Assembly: GCA_951406725.2 (NCBI GenBank)
Contig: OX597838.1
Span: 41,726,001 to 41,790,000, forward strand
DNA from: Octopus vulgaris
Taxonomy: Eukaryota
Length of the DNA: 64,000 nucleotides
Direction: 5' to 3'
Shown here: positions 28,334 through 41,990 of the stretch, one piece after another
How the letters are laid out: each line of letters begins with the position of its first letter
Position numbering within the stretch: position 1 is the first letter of the stretch
Position numbers and translations under genes: made by a program
The notes under the pieces: model-generated
The model's input: only the letters and a program-made list of their open reading frames with translations
Told to the model about the DNA's origin: nothing
Databases searched by the model: none

Positions 28334-31300
28334 TGCTGATATAAAGTAGGATAAATATAATAATAATAATAATTGGATCCTTGGATGGATAATTTATAAA
28401 CTTTAAATGCATCACTGCACGTGTTTCTACAAATCGCACGTCTCTTTAAGATCCCAGTCCATATTCCTGGGATAATCCCTGTGCAGTATCCATGGGCATT
28501 GGGTTGATCATCTTTGTGGATTCATCTCTTCAGGTGTTATAACATTAATGGATATTCAACAAAGGTTTGTTTATCCCTTTTTACCAGAATGAACGTTAAG
28601 CAAGTTTTTTCTGTCTCCTTCAGGCAACAGTCGCAAAACGAACATCAACAACATACAAATGGTGTTCTCCATTTCCAGTCTTCCAAAGAAACATGTCTGC
28701 CTCATCGAATTCCATCTGATCCATGCAACGAGATGGTAAAGTGAACATTAAAATGCCAACAACGTCGACGACGACGATGATGATGATGTGGACTCCATTA
28801 CCATCTGCCAGTTCCACTCACAAGACATTGATAAGCTCAGGGCTAAAGTACAAACCCTTGCCCAAGATCCCATGCAGTGAGATTGAACCTGTAACTACAT
28901 GATTACAAAGCAAACTTCACAGCCATACAGCCATACAGCTATACAGTCATCGTATAACATTTTTTGTATGTTACAAAAACTGGTCACAGACAGGTTGATT
29001 ACTTTCATAAAAGTCTTCAAGACAATAAATAAGAACTGAGGTATTTTAATTTGTCAGTTCATTCCAGGAATCACGTTTTCCTCTCTGATTTCATTTAACA
29101 TTTTAATTTATTCCATTCCCGTCAACATAAACAACAGCCAGTAAAGAAACTTCCATTGCTTAATACATCTTTCTCTTTTCTTTCCCACACTTTATAACTT
29201 TCTTCTTTGGTTTTCAAGTTTTCACATCGAATTCTTTGCTCAACCAAAACAAAAGATCCTTTTTTTTTTTTATTCATTAAAACAGTCTGGAATTTATCAT
29301 CCAAATTATAGTTGAACTATTTGCTCTCTTACAATGTGGATCTCTACACACTATACATGCCAAGTTTTAGCAGAAGTGTGTAGAATGAAGATCTGCAAAG
29401 GAAAAGGTACTCCAAAAGCCCTTTCAATATCACATCAGACCTACCAAAACAGCTTGACTACCATTTCTCTGGCTGGGCTTCTTACTGCATCCACTACAAA
29501 AAACTCTGGTGCAATTAGCAATCAAAATTTCATGATTAAATCTACGAAATATATTACAACTGTTCAATAAGTTCCTCTTATCTTTATCTTCCACAGCTGA
29601 GCCTAATTAGACATACAACAAGCAGTAACTCTGGAGACTCCCCACCATTCACTCCCTATTTTGCATGCACACACACACACACACACACACACACAACATA
29701 GCAAGACTATTCCTGGACAAAACCAATTTCTTCATCACCACATATATAGAATTGCCAACTGGAAAACCTTTTGCTATCACTTTGGCTCATCAAGGCATTT
29801 CCAGCAACTTACCTGTAATATGTTTCTAAGGTAATCTCAGTCCCCACCAAATTCCCAACTTGTCCTTCTCTAGTTCTGTCCATTCCTAACTCATCAAAAT
29901 ATACAAATATAATCCACCCCTTAACACTGTTCCTACTTACCCCTGACCAGGGTCATGTTTCTGCCAACCCAATCACCCACATTTCTAACATCTCAAAATT
30001 GGACACAAATCAGAAACAACAACCTTTTGTATTACTCTGAATCCTTTTCACCCTTCAGTGAATACCAAAAGACTTTCCATGGAAACTGGACCATTCTTAA
30101 CCAGATGATAGGGTCAATAATTTTTCGACACTTGTAGGTTAATTATTAGAAAACGAGAACATAGGCCCTTGTTGTTGTTGTATAACTTCTAGTCAGTTTT
30201 GACTGAACATACCTACGATGAAAAGGCATTCCAGCTATGACCATCCTGTCTTTTTGTATATCTAGAACTACATTATCCAATGTCTTACATTTTTTTAAAG
30301 CAGAAGATCCAATGTAAGGATGATTCTGCTGCTATTTCTAGCAGGCTAAGCAACAACAAACAGGCTTCCTCTTTGTCTTGGGAAAGGACCATAGGTAGAT
30401 ATGAACCATAGCAGCAGTGGGGTGGAGAAAAGGAAATAAAAGGAGAAAGGAAGACCAGGAAAAGTGGATTTTGGCAAAAGTGATAAAATGAAGAGGATGT
30501 GGGTACATATTTGTTTGGGTGGAAGTGAAAACAAGGTGTACCTGCTGATAGGTGTGTGTATAGGAATAGGGGAGGAGGGAGAGTAGATATCACAGTAAAT
30601 GGCAAAGGTGAGAGGAAATTATTGAGAAGTTTGTAATATTGTAAGGATTGTTGGAATGGTGGGCCTTCTCCTTCACAGAGTTTCTTCATTTTACACCCTT
30701 CGACCAACACATGGCATGTAGAATCTATTTGCATTACAAACTAATGCTTTTGAGAATGGTCATTCCAACTAGTTTGTGCACACACACACACAACATTTAT
30801 TTTGGGCTTAAAATTCACAAACTGTCACCTCAAGCAATAAAAGAAATCAATCAAGTGATCTTATATCCAAAAACTATTCAACCAGAACTCTAAGAGTAGA
30901 AAGCATTCTGGATTGGTTGGAGCAGATAGGAATATTATAAGAAGACTGTGCCTGGCATTCATCCAATAAATATTCTGGTTGACAACATCAAAACCATTGA
31001 ACATGGAAAGATGACAAATTATGAAAGGGAAATTTTTGATTTGTTTTGAGTGAATCTATTTGTAATGGTCCATGGTTGTTTGTTTATCCTGAGAAAATCC
31101 CAAAAGCTGTAGGCTTTGAGAGAGTGTCACTAACTCCTCAATGACAATATCAGTGTCATCCCACTTACCTCTCAACAACTCATTTCTCTTCTTAACATTT
31201 TTTCGCTGTACTTCCACCATTTCCGACACTATTACCAACTTCTTGGACATCTCTGGTTCTATTTACAATCGCCATCTCTTCGTCTCCATTTTTGTTCCTC

Positions 31301-31447
31301 AACTCCAATCCCTTTCCCATAATTCTTCCATTTCTGCTATATTCCTGCAACCTGACACTCTGATTCTGAGTGCCAATCAAACTGATCTCATCCTTTCTTT
31401 ACATGATGTTACTCCCAACCTGTTATCACCAATCACAAACCATTGAT

Positions 31448-31509
31448 CACATCTCTCCCACATCTCTCCCACATCTCTCCCACATCTCTCCCACATCTCT
31501 CCCACATCT
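31448..31509. repeat. 11-bp minisatellite (CACATCTCTCC) x ~5.6
   Basis: Directly visible. Confidence 0.95.
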
Positions 31510-32595
31510 GCCCCCATCCACTAATCACAAGCTCTTCCTTTCCCCCTTCCATCATGCTATCAACTTCCTCTCCAAAACATTCTACACTCTTCAATCTCAC
31601 TAATTCTTTCACAATCTCCTGGTCAATAGTTCTTTCATCCCAAGTTACAATCAACCTGAAACCCCTGCCTCCTCCCATTCTCATTGCAACACATTCTTTT
31701 ATCTTCAACATCTTTTATCTGCCTAGTCTCAAGTCCATATTCCAAGATTCCGATCACTTTCCATGTACCTCCCTCATTATAAAATTTTGTAAAGAGGCAA
31801 AACTTGTTAATATTTGGCAGACTGCTTTTGGGAGCAGCTTCTTCACCCTCGTTTCCCCCCAACTGTTGATTTCCATTTCAACTCTTCATATCACATTTCA
31901 ACTACAAATTCTCTGATTTTGGATAATTCCAATACACTTCTACAAGACAACTTTGAGAACAATGATTTATCTTCCCTCCTGATGGCATCAACAACAGGTT
32001 ACATTTCTTCTAATTAATTCTCCTCCCCTGACACACACACACACACACACTCAGTATTGGGTGTGCTCATTGACATAACAGCTCCACATACTGACATCGA
32101 TTGACACACACACATACATACGCACAGACACCAACTCTGCTTCTGATTATTGCAAACATCCAACATTTCAGCCACAATTTGTTTGTATTCTTATAGACTT
32201 CCACATAATAATGACTTCCACATAATGACTTCCACATAATAATACATAAAGCCATTTTTTCTTTCTTGATAAAGAGCTGAAGCTCAAAATATTGGATTCT
32301 TTTCTTCGCAGTAGCAACATTTAGGGACATCTTTCCTTCTTCTTTGCTTATTTGTTGTTGACACACCTGTTTTTCCAATTCTTAATTCTGCTTTATCCTT
32401 GTCCCCAGCTAAGTAAAGATTCAAAGGAGTCACAGGCTACAGGTATGGCACCTTATAATCTGGAATAGCTAGGACTAAACAGAAAACATTAGCAGAGAGA
32501 CATGGGGGAGAGAGAGGAGGAGAGAGAGATTAGGAAGCAGGAGGGAGGGATGGGGGCAGGGAGAATATAAAACAAACTAAAATTCATTCATTTAC

Positions 32596-32748
32596 CTATT
32601 TTGTCCGTGTGAAAAGACTGCGTTACTTTGTAACAAAAATGGCTACTGTTTGTTGAGGTTCTGGTATTGTTGTTCGAAAGCACTTGATGACTACAGTCTG
32701 AACAGTTAATATGCGAGAAATTAAAACTACTACAATTATTACTACTAA

Positions 32749-32785
<37 letters not shown>

Positions 32786-33123
32786 ATTGTTTTTGTTTTT
32801 GTTGGTGTTATTGGCACAGTTGTTGTCTGTGCGATTGCTGTCTTTAAAAATATTGGAATCATACTTGTTGTTGTAGAATACAGTAGAGACATTGTTAGTG
32901 TTGTTGTTTTTGTTATTGTTGTTGTGATCCAAAGTTGGTGTTGTTTGGTTTACGGCATCTCCTCCTCGCACTGACGAGCTGCCTGCTTCCATTGCATTTG
33001 CTAGTTGTGTTGCATTCATATGAGAAACGTCTGGCTGCTCTCCAACTTCAGACGTCTGTTCTGTCACGTTGGGTGCTCTTGAGGAAGCAGTCAGCTTCTC
33101 TATCAGCGTGGCCAAAAGTCCAG
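32596..33123 (-). CDS. Coding exon 2 of the same gene (S-GLLATLIEKLT...Asn-rich...FHTDKI)
   Basis: Strong acceptor ttttctctttcttttccctcctgcAG|CT, donor G|GTAAAT; 528 nt, phase 1 to phase 1, in frame with exon 1 (T+CT=Ser); 13 N-X-S/T sequons. Confidence 0.82.
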
Positions 33124-33164
33124 CTGCAGGAGGGAAAAGAAAGAGAAAAATTAAGAAAACAATC

Positions 33165-33364
33165 AGCATCATTATTGTCATCATCAACATCATCCTCAAT
33201 ATCATCATCATCATCATCACCATCACCATCATCATCATCATCATCACCATCACCATCGCCATCATCATCATCACCATCACCATCACCATCACCACCATCA
33301 TCATCATCATCATCATCATCACCATCATCACCATCACCATCATCATCATCATCATCACCACCAC

Positions 33365-33432
<68 letters not shown>

Positions 33433-33487
33433 CCATCACCATCATCATCATCATCAACATCATCATCACCATCACCATCATCATCAC

Positions 33488-33519
<32 letters not shown>

Positions 33520-33550
33520 CCATCACCATCATCATCATCATCACCATTAC

Positions 33551-33613
<63 letters not shown>

Positions 33614-33634
33614 GATCCTCATCACCATCATCAC

Positions 33635-33691
<57 letters not shown>

Positions 33692-33701
33692 TACCATCAC
33701 T

Positions 33702-33757
<56 letters not shown>

Positions 33758-33778
33758 GATCCTCATCACCATCATCAC

Positions 33779-33823
<45 letters not shown>
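33165..33823. repeat. ~660-bp (CAT/CAC)n array with 144-bp higher-order duplication
   Basis: Variant motifs CATTAC (33545, 33689) and CATGATCCT (33611, 33755) recur 144 bp apart. Confidence 0.95.
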
Positions 33824-34289
33824 TTATTGCCTGTCTTCCATGTTGAACAGTTTGACAGGATCCAGCAAACCAGAGGGCTTCATTGAGGTCCATATATCAA
33901 TATATATACAGGTGCATGTGTGTCCCACCCATGCCAGTATGGAAGGTGGATTTTTAATGATGATGATGATGATGATATAAACATACACATAGATACACAT
34001 GCATGCACACACACACACACACACGTGCATGCATGTGTGTGTGTGTGTATTTAAGCATTAGACATTAGAACTTAGTGTAGCCCTGTGGCTTGTCTGTTCA
34101 TGTCGGACCATCCAGCCCGTGATAGCATGAAAAAAAGGATGTTAAATGATGTCAATGACAATGATGATGATGATGATGATGATGATGATACTGATGATGA
34201 CATTATGTAAATATATCATAATTCTACATATAGCGACACTTGTCAGAACCAAATCTACGTTTTTTGGGGGGTTTTTTCAGCAATCTAAA

Positions 34290-35158
34290 TCAGTTTAGTA
34301 GTCATATACAGCAAAAAGAGAAGCTAGATGGAAGGTATATTCAGCCATGAAAAGAAGAGGTAAGAAGTGGTCTGGGTTGCAAGACAGAGCACCAGAGAAA
34401 AGTGAGATGCTGGTAAGAAGTAAACTGAGTGGCACTTGTTGCTCCAGCTAAGGCTGAAAAGAAAGATGCAATGAAGGTGATATTATGAGAGGTTGTTGAA
34501 TAAGGAGAATACATGAGCAAAAGAGGGCTCTACTTTATGTAGACCCTACACAGGGACCAGCTACTAAAGTTAAGAATGGTATGATAGATAAAGCAATTAA
34601 GGATATGAAGGAAGGAAGGCACTTTGTCCATCAGGAATTACTCCCAAGATGCTTAAGGAATTGACACATCAGAAAGAGATTCTCTTAAATACTCAGATGG
34701 TTCACTAGAAACAGTTGATTGCTTTTGTTACCAAGGAGATGCAATTAGGAGGGGGGGCGTCACTAAAAATGTATAATTGCTTGAATAAGAACCAAGTTGA
34801 AGAAAGATCAGGAAGCCACGACAACAAGAACCTGCTCCATCTGCTTTTCTCATATTTTATCCCTTATATCCTAGGATAAAACCTCTTCCTACCTCAGGTT
34901 TTAGGGTTCTTGCAAGCTGCATGGCAATGTTACTAGTGCTGGTAAGATGAAAAAAAGCATTCTGTATATGTTATAAAATGGTTGGTGTTAAGAAGGGCAT
35001 CCAGCAGTAGAAACCATGCCAAAGCAGACACTGGAGCACAATGAAGTTCTTGGGTCCATAAGGTTCTGTCAAAGAACCCAACCCATGCCATCATGGGATG
35101 TGGACATTAAATGATGATGGCGATGACGACGACGACGACGATGATGATGATGATGATG
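34290..35158 (+). mobile_element. Highly decayed, internally deleted RTE LINE
   Basis: Similarity to the 2385-5900 copy (DKAIKDMK, PSGITPKMLK), shared 3' end and (GAC/GAT)n tail. Confidence 0.7.
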
Positions 35159-36510
35159 CACACACCTAGTCTTACAGTGTGCATTTAAAAGTGTTTCCAT
35201 AAAGACTGGAAGGTAAAGTGACCTTTCCGTGTCATGCCAGGCTCACGAGGGCCAGTTTCCCAGTTTCAGTGGCGTATAGATTCCTCACCTGGCCGGGACA
35301 CTGATGTGTTGCAGGATGACTCATTTTTGCCAGCTGAGTGGATTGGAGCAACGTGAAATGAAGTCTTTTGCTCAAGAACACACTGCATCACCCGGTCTAG
35401 GAATCAAACCCACAATCCTACGATCATGAGCCCAACACCCTAACCACTAAACCACGTGCCCCCACTTTCCTAAAAACTTTGCTAAATAGGGTCTCTTTTA
35501 ATTCTGAAACCCAAAACAAAACAACACCTCACTTGTCAGATACATTTACCATAAAGAAGACAAATAAGTAATCACAAAGATAGAAAACAATCTTCTTGGA
35601 AAATGGGTCAAAAAATTAATTTATACTTCAGTAAATTCTATCCACGGGGCATTGGCCAACATGAGGCTGTATTAGAAGACATACCATGCAGTAGGATTGA
35701 ACCCATAGCCATGTGGTTAAGAAGTGAACATTTTAACCACATGGTTATTGTGTGAGCTTATAGAAAAGAAGAGAGGAAGGCATTTAACCCATTTCAGTAC
35801 AACAAATCCACCTTGCAAAGTTAATTTGGTTGTTCATAGCAGAGATATCACACAGACTGATGTTTTGGTAGCAATTGCAGAAATTCATTCTCATAACCCA
35901 TCACAAATGTCATTACCCTCTTTGTTAGGGGTGTGTGAGAGAGGTGTGTGTGCACATGCACACTCACACCCACGCTCCAGACACAAGGAGGGGGTGCAAA
36001 GATGCAGTTCCTATAATGGGATTCTAGTGTAAATATATCTATTTGCACAATGCACAATTTCTTTGAAATTATATAGTCTACAACTTTAGGCCTTTTGCTG
36101 TTTTTTCTTTTTCTTTCGCAGCTTCTATTTACAAACTGGCAGAACATCTAATGCTGCATACACAGGCAGAAAAGTAATGATAAATGGCCTAGAATTACTC
36201 CAAATGAATGCATATTTGGTTTAATAACATTTCCCTTGAAAAGTTACCTTTCCTGTAAAAAATAGAATCGTTACTGGTGTTCTAATGAACTGTGCCCAAT
36301 ATCAGTAGAAAATATTTTGTAATTTAAGGAGTCTAAATGAAGTAAATCTAATTGGAAAATATCAAATAAGAGCACAAGATTAAGTAAATATGAAAACAAT
36401 TTTATTTCATTTGAAAGAATTATTGCACAAATTATAATCCTTTTATTTTATTTATTTTAAAATAAATTTTAAAGAATGGTTAGAAACTAGAGTGTTAACT
36501 TCTCATCTCC

Positions 36511-37600
36511 CAGATCTTGTTATCCTTGGCGATGGACATATTTTGTTAATTAAATACATGCACCACTACAGACATGTTTTTAATCGACAAAATATAATCA
36601 TCTCCAAGTATAACAATATTTCCCTCTGGTCTTTACCAGATATTTTTGTAGTCCTACAGTAAATAGTCTTTAATAGTTTTTCTAGCTTTCATGTTAAGTA
36701 TAACCTGTGTCAGCTTTTAAGTTATTCTAATAGCAGTCACTTTCTTATTTTTACCTGTCTAATCTTTCTAATTTATTTAGCTTCCAGTTGAGAATAATAT
36801 AAATCATAACTCCCCCACCACCACCACCACCTCCACTGAACTATTGATATCCATGATGTTATTTCTGACATTGAGATCACCTTTAAGAATTAATCTTTTG
36901 TGTCTTGAATATTTCTTTGTAATATTTTCTTTCGTTTCTCTCTCATATATTCTGTCTGATTCATTAATTCTTTTTTGTAATTCTTCAGTCTATATTTGAT
37001 CTAATTACCTCTATTTCTTTATCTAACTTCCCGTTAGTAGTTGAATTAATTGTTTTTCTATTTCAAGGTTAATTTGACATGTTTTTTTTTTCTAAATGGA
37101 CTTTCACATCAGTTCTTCTTTCACATTTGTGTCCAGCCTGGTTTAATAAATTGGTTAAAGCTGTTAATGCCAGACAAGAAAAAGGGTAGAAAGAAGGGGC
37201 TCCCTTTGGATGTATTCCTCTTCTAATTAAAAGGATGGGATTCCTTTTAATCATTCCCTCTTTTGTCTGTATCTTAGATATTGTTTACCATTTAGTCATG
37301 GCCTGTTAGATATAGTCCCTTGTCATTGTACTACTCCACCTCATGGCTAATACATACATACATACACACACATACGTACATACATACATACATACATACA
37401 TACATACATACATACATACATACATACGTACGTACATACATACATACATACATACATACATACATACATACATACACACATACATACATACATACATACA
37501 TACTTATATATATAATGTAGGTAGGTATGGTAAAATCTCAGCTGTTTCCTCTTGAAGCACATCTGCTTATTCCATTATGGAAGTGTTGGTACTCATCTTC
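36511..37600 (-). repeat. Left arm of 1.1-kb near-perfect inverted repeat
   Basis: Reverse complement matches 42873-43997; identical 61-aa ORFs at 37069-37254(-) and 43257-43442(+); only a handful of substitutions and microsatellite length differences seen. Confidence 0.97.
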
Positions 37601-37729
37601 AAAATAGAGATGAGTAACAACACTTCCATGCAGAATACTTAAACAATTGTGAAGTTCACTTCACATGAAACCATTGGTAGCCTTGTTAGCTCACAAATAA
37701 AAAAAGTATATATATATACATATATATAA

Positions 37730-38180
37730 AGGGAAAGTTTACGAAAATAAACAAAAGACGAAGGCAGGTGGAGTACAAGCAAACAAATGTATTAGTATAG
37801 TGCTCAGGAATAGAAAAAGTGTTTTACATTTCGAGCCTACACTCTTCGACAGAAAGATACACAGAAAAAAATGCGTGCAGGAGCTAACGATCTATCATGG
37901 CATCCTGACTTCGGACAGTGGTCAGACGCAAGAGGGACAGCAGGGGAGATAACAGGGTCAAGTGACTTCCAATACGAAGGTGCCCCCAACACAAAGGTGT
38001 GTGTGTGTATAAGAGAGTATGTATGTGTGTGTGAAAGAGGGCTGGTGGTCTGGACGTGTGTGTGTGTGTATGTGTGGGTGGTGTGTTGTGATGTGATGTG
38101 TAATGTTGTATGGTGTAGAGTAGTGTGGTGTGATGTTGTGGGGAGGTGGGGGAGGCGAGAGTGGGGAAAGCATAGGTGGG
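37730..38180 (-). mobile_element. PLE-terminal-like element in (TA)n with hammerhead-like core (second copy 46422-46574)
   Basis: Minus 37821-37856: TTT-CTGTCGA-A-GAGT-GTAG-GCTC-GAAA-TGTAAAA; shared AAACAAAAGACGAAGGCAGGTGGA block with 46473-46497. Confidence 0.55.
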
Positions 38181-40289
38181 GTGTATATATATATATATAT
38201 GATTTTGATTTTGATTTTTCCAGTTTCAGCTAATGAGCTGTGGCCATGCTGGGGCACCGCCACCTATATACACATATGTATATATTTCTCCCTCATTTCT
38301 ACCCCATCTTCATTCCTTTTATCCATCCAATCACTGTTACCCATTCTAAAATGTGAGTAGTCACGTGGCTCCTCTACATCAACAAACTTGTTCTTCTCTG
38401 AGGTGTTAACTTCTCATCTTCCAGTGTAAATCTGCACCCTTGGGATTCATAACCTTGCAGGCTGCATGATTACCTCACTTGTTACCATAGTTACCCATGG
38501 CAAAAACCACCCAGGACTTACTGTGGAGTGGTTGGTGTTAGGAAGGGTTTTGAACCATAGAAACTCTGCCAAACCAGAGACTGGAGCATGATGCAGTCCT
38601 TGGACTTCTCAGATTCTGTCAAGCCATCCAACCTATGCCAGCAGGGAACATGGATGTTAAATGATGATTTTATATATATTTTATATAATCGCCAAAGCAG
38701 ACACTTGAGCATGATTCAGTCTTTGAACTGATCAGATCCAACCAACCTATGTCAGCATGAAACTGGACATTGAATTTGGACATGATCAGGTGTGATTCAT
38801 GAGTAGCAAAAAATCACAATATATGAATTAAAGAGAACAGCATTTTATAATGATCTTATGGACAAAACATGTTACGTAACTTAGTTTTGCACAAGGCTCA
38901 GGAGACTTACGATCCCCAGAGATGCTTGCTTGGATCTGGAATAGCTTCAACAAAATGACTGCGGAGAAAGTGATAGCCACATCTACTAAGCATGATAGGA
39001 AAGTGTATAAAAGTATTATAAACAAATATTTTTAGTGCAAAGGTGATAAATCAGGGATCAAGCCTGAAGACTTACATCCCCTGATATGAGAACTGATAAA
39101 ACAAATTAGCCAGAAGGGAGAAAAAGAAGTGATGATAGGGATGGAAGAACAGATAAAGGATAGATATAATGAAAGACGAAAATAGCTAAATCTAGAGGAT
39201 GAAGGGGAAAATGAAAGGAAGGAAGAGAGGAATAAAAGAAAAAAGAGTGCATTAAGGTCAGATGGTGAAAAGTGATTGAGATATATGGAGCAATGGTGAC
39301 ACCTTATAGTGGATTAGACCAGTACTGGAGGATGTATTTTGTCTGGTGCAAGTAAAGTGATCAAGTCTCAGATTTACCAGTCAAGTATGGTCCAGGTCTT
39401 AGTGAGTTCTTTAGTATTAGTCATCACTTTTTCACTGAACGCAATCTGAATTTTATGCTATTCTCTGAGTAAAGCTTGCATTTTCTAATTAGTTTCATCT
39501 AATATCATATTCTGCAGCTTCCACCTTCAAAAGCTATTTGTACTTGGCCAGTGTAGAGATGCTTCACTTCTCATAGCTCGTTAATCACTTGATGTGACTG
39601 GACAAGTATACCTTGAACAGGTTCTCCATCATACTACGGTAGCATTTCAGACTGGAAGCATTATTCTTTGAACCTGATTTCCACCCCATACACAGCAACC
39701 TCTATGTTGTGGTGAGTATTAAATGGGCACATGATGTTATCTCCTCATGAATAACTGATCTTAGTACTAGGGGGGTGGACTTGTGTGAAAGGAGACACTT
39801 CATGCTGGTTGTGCAGCTAAAAGAACCCTAACCCTTACTAAATAGCTCCCTATATTTATGAGTGAGAAGAAAAGGATTTGTCAACCAACCTAAAGGAAGG
39901 TCTTAACTATACTGGAGTTCAAGAGAAAGGACGTATAGACAAACTATCTTTATGATACCATTAACACCATTTTCTTCGAGGGTGGGTTATTCTGGCTGGG
40001 TATGAAATTAGTCTTCTCTTTGAACTTAATTGCTGTTAGGCTGTTGTTTTAATCACCACACAATATTTCCACACAAAAGATCTGACCTCAGATCCTTCTA
40101 TGTACCCAGTGTCAATGAAGGAGAGTTTCTCATTGGGATTATAGATGGGCTCGGATGAACTAGTTTCTGTCATGATACTGAATCTGAAAGGCTTGAAATA
40201 ATATTCTTCCATAAATTATCTGAGGAGAATCCATTGGTGCTATGGATGCTCTCTTATTTGTGAGACAACTACAAGAGAATTTGGTCTTT

Positions 40290-40505
40290 TATTTAAAAAG
40301 TAAGCCTTTCTATTTAACATTTATTGATGTGGAGAAGGCTTTTGACAGGGTACCATGGTCTGTAGTTTGGTGGTCTCTAAGAAAACTAGTTTAGATGAAA
40401 TTGTTTGGGAGAGCAGCACAAGTCCTGTACAGAGATGCAGTTAGCAAAATAAGAGTCGGCAAGGAATTCAGTGAGAAATTTAATGTGCAAATAGACATTC
40501 AACAG
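40290..40505 (+). mobile_element. RTE reverse-transcriptase fragment
   Basis: FIDVEKAFDRVPWSVVWWSLRKL reads through 40319-40390. Confidence 0.8.
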
Positions 40506-40714
40506 TCTCAATTATGTTGCATAAACTGAGAAAATAATGGCTGTTACTTTGCTGTAACTGGTTTAAGCTTAAATCTTCTGTCAAATGTTCTGCTTCAATT
40601 ACTTTATCCATTTCTCTGCCACCAGTATGCGGATTTCACCCAAACCAACATTGTTAACTACACTGATGAATTTTACTCATGTCCTTTGTTTGTGATTGTG
40701 TCTGGGTCAATCTA

Positions 40715-40936
40715 TTAACCCTTTTGATATCAACTTGCCTGAGACCACTCCTGCCTCTATGACACAAACATCTTATTTTAAAGCAATCTCAATTGAAACA
40801 TTCCATCAAAAGTTCATATGTCCCAAGAACCAGCATAATAATGGCAAACTTATTTTGCTAAATTCTTTGTTATTTTCCAAATGAATTGAAACAATGGCAG
40901 TATATTTCAAAAGAAATATGGTAACAGAAAGATAAA
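40715..40936. mobile_element. piggyBac-like MITE, decayed
   Basis: Starts TTAA-CCCTTTTGATATCA, ends TGGTAACAGAAAGATAAA (degenerate inverted terminus). Confidence 0.45.
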
Positions 40937-41813
40937 CTACAAGTGGTGACGGCACAGGAGTTCAATGGAGTTAGGCCTTAGTCACCACAACTCCCAGGAC
41001 TGCTTGAAGTGGTAGAACCTACCAAGGACCCCAGTTATCGGTCAAATAACTGAAAAGCATACAGGACTTGGAGGAGGGTTGGCCCATCGATACATCTCAC
41101 ACAGGCCCACAGGTATGTGGATATGTGAACCAGTACCCCTGCCGAAGAGTTCAAAAAGTCCTGTGCCTCAAAGGTAAGCTCAAGGGAGCAGAGAAAACTG
41201 TAAATAAACAACAGAAGGTGACAGGCACACATTGCTGTAGCTTTCTCAAGAGAAATCAAGAATCTTCAGACGTTGGGATGAAGGTCCATAGGGCCAATAG
41301 GCAGGGAACATGAAGAGTGGGGTGGGGGTGCTGTCTGTGTCTGAGCATGTGCACGTGTGTGTGTGTGTGTGCATGCAAATGCATGAATGTAAGGTCTATA
41401 TTGAAATGTGCACTATAATTTCACAAAGCACTCATAAATCATGTAGGATTCGTGCTGCCTTCAGCTGTGCGCTTTGACAATTACAAAAATAAAAAAAAAT
41501 TTTTTAAAAAACCCACAATATTAACTGCAAATTGAATTGAGGTCAGAAAATGCTAAATGTCTTGGCCATGATGTCAGTGCAGCACCAGTGAAGGTTTGTG
41601 ATTCATTAACATTCTGGTTGGCAGGTCAAAAGCCCCATTGAGACAGACTTCTGTAACCCTCTCGCATGGGAAAGGAAATAAAAAAAATAAATCATGAAAA
41701 ACATATAATCGCTCCCACAAACATACGCAATGTACACACATATATACATATACATGAATGTGTGCATGTGTGTGTACGTATATGTATGTACATACATACC
41801 TATATACACACAA

Positions 41814-41870
<57 letters not shown>

Positions 41871-41935
41871 TAATCCAAACAAGAAAACAAAAAGACAACA
41901 ACGCAAGGATGTGGAACATATATATATACATACAT

Positions 41936-41990
<55 letters not shown>

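Noticed and set aside
29300-32000. Possible coding exons in CT-rich stretch
   Set aside because: Many stops, faint RT-like remnants only (KFCKEAKL near 31785); most likely ancient LINE debris, too weak to annotate.
31448-32240. CRISPR-like arrays (11-bp repeat; GACTTCCACATAAT x3)
   Set aside because: No unique spacers, eukaryotic context; simple minisatellites.
32935-33980. Poly-Ser, poly-Asp, poly-Ile and poly-Met ORFs (e.g. an acidic biomineralisation-like protein)
   Set aside because: All are frames of one (CAT)n LINE-tail expansion; only 32596-33123 has splice signals and non-repeat coding sequence.
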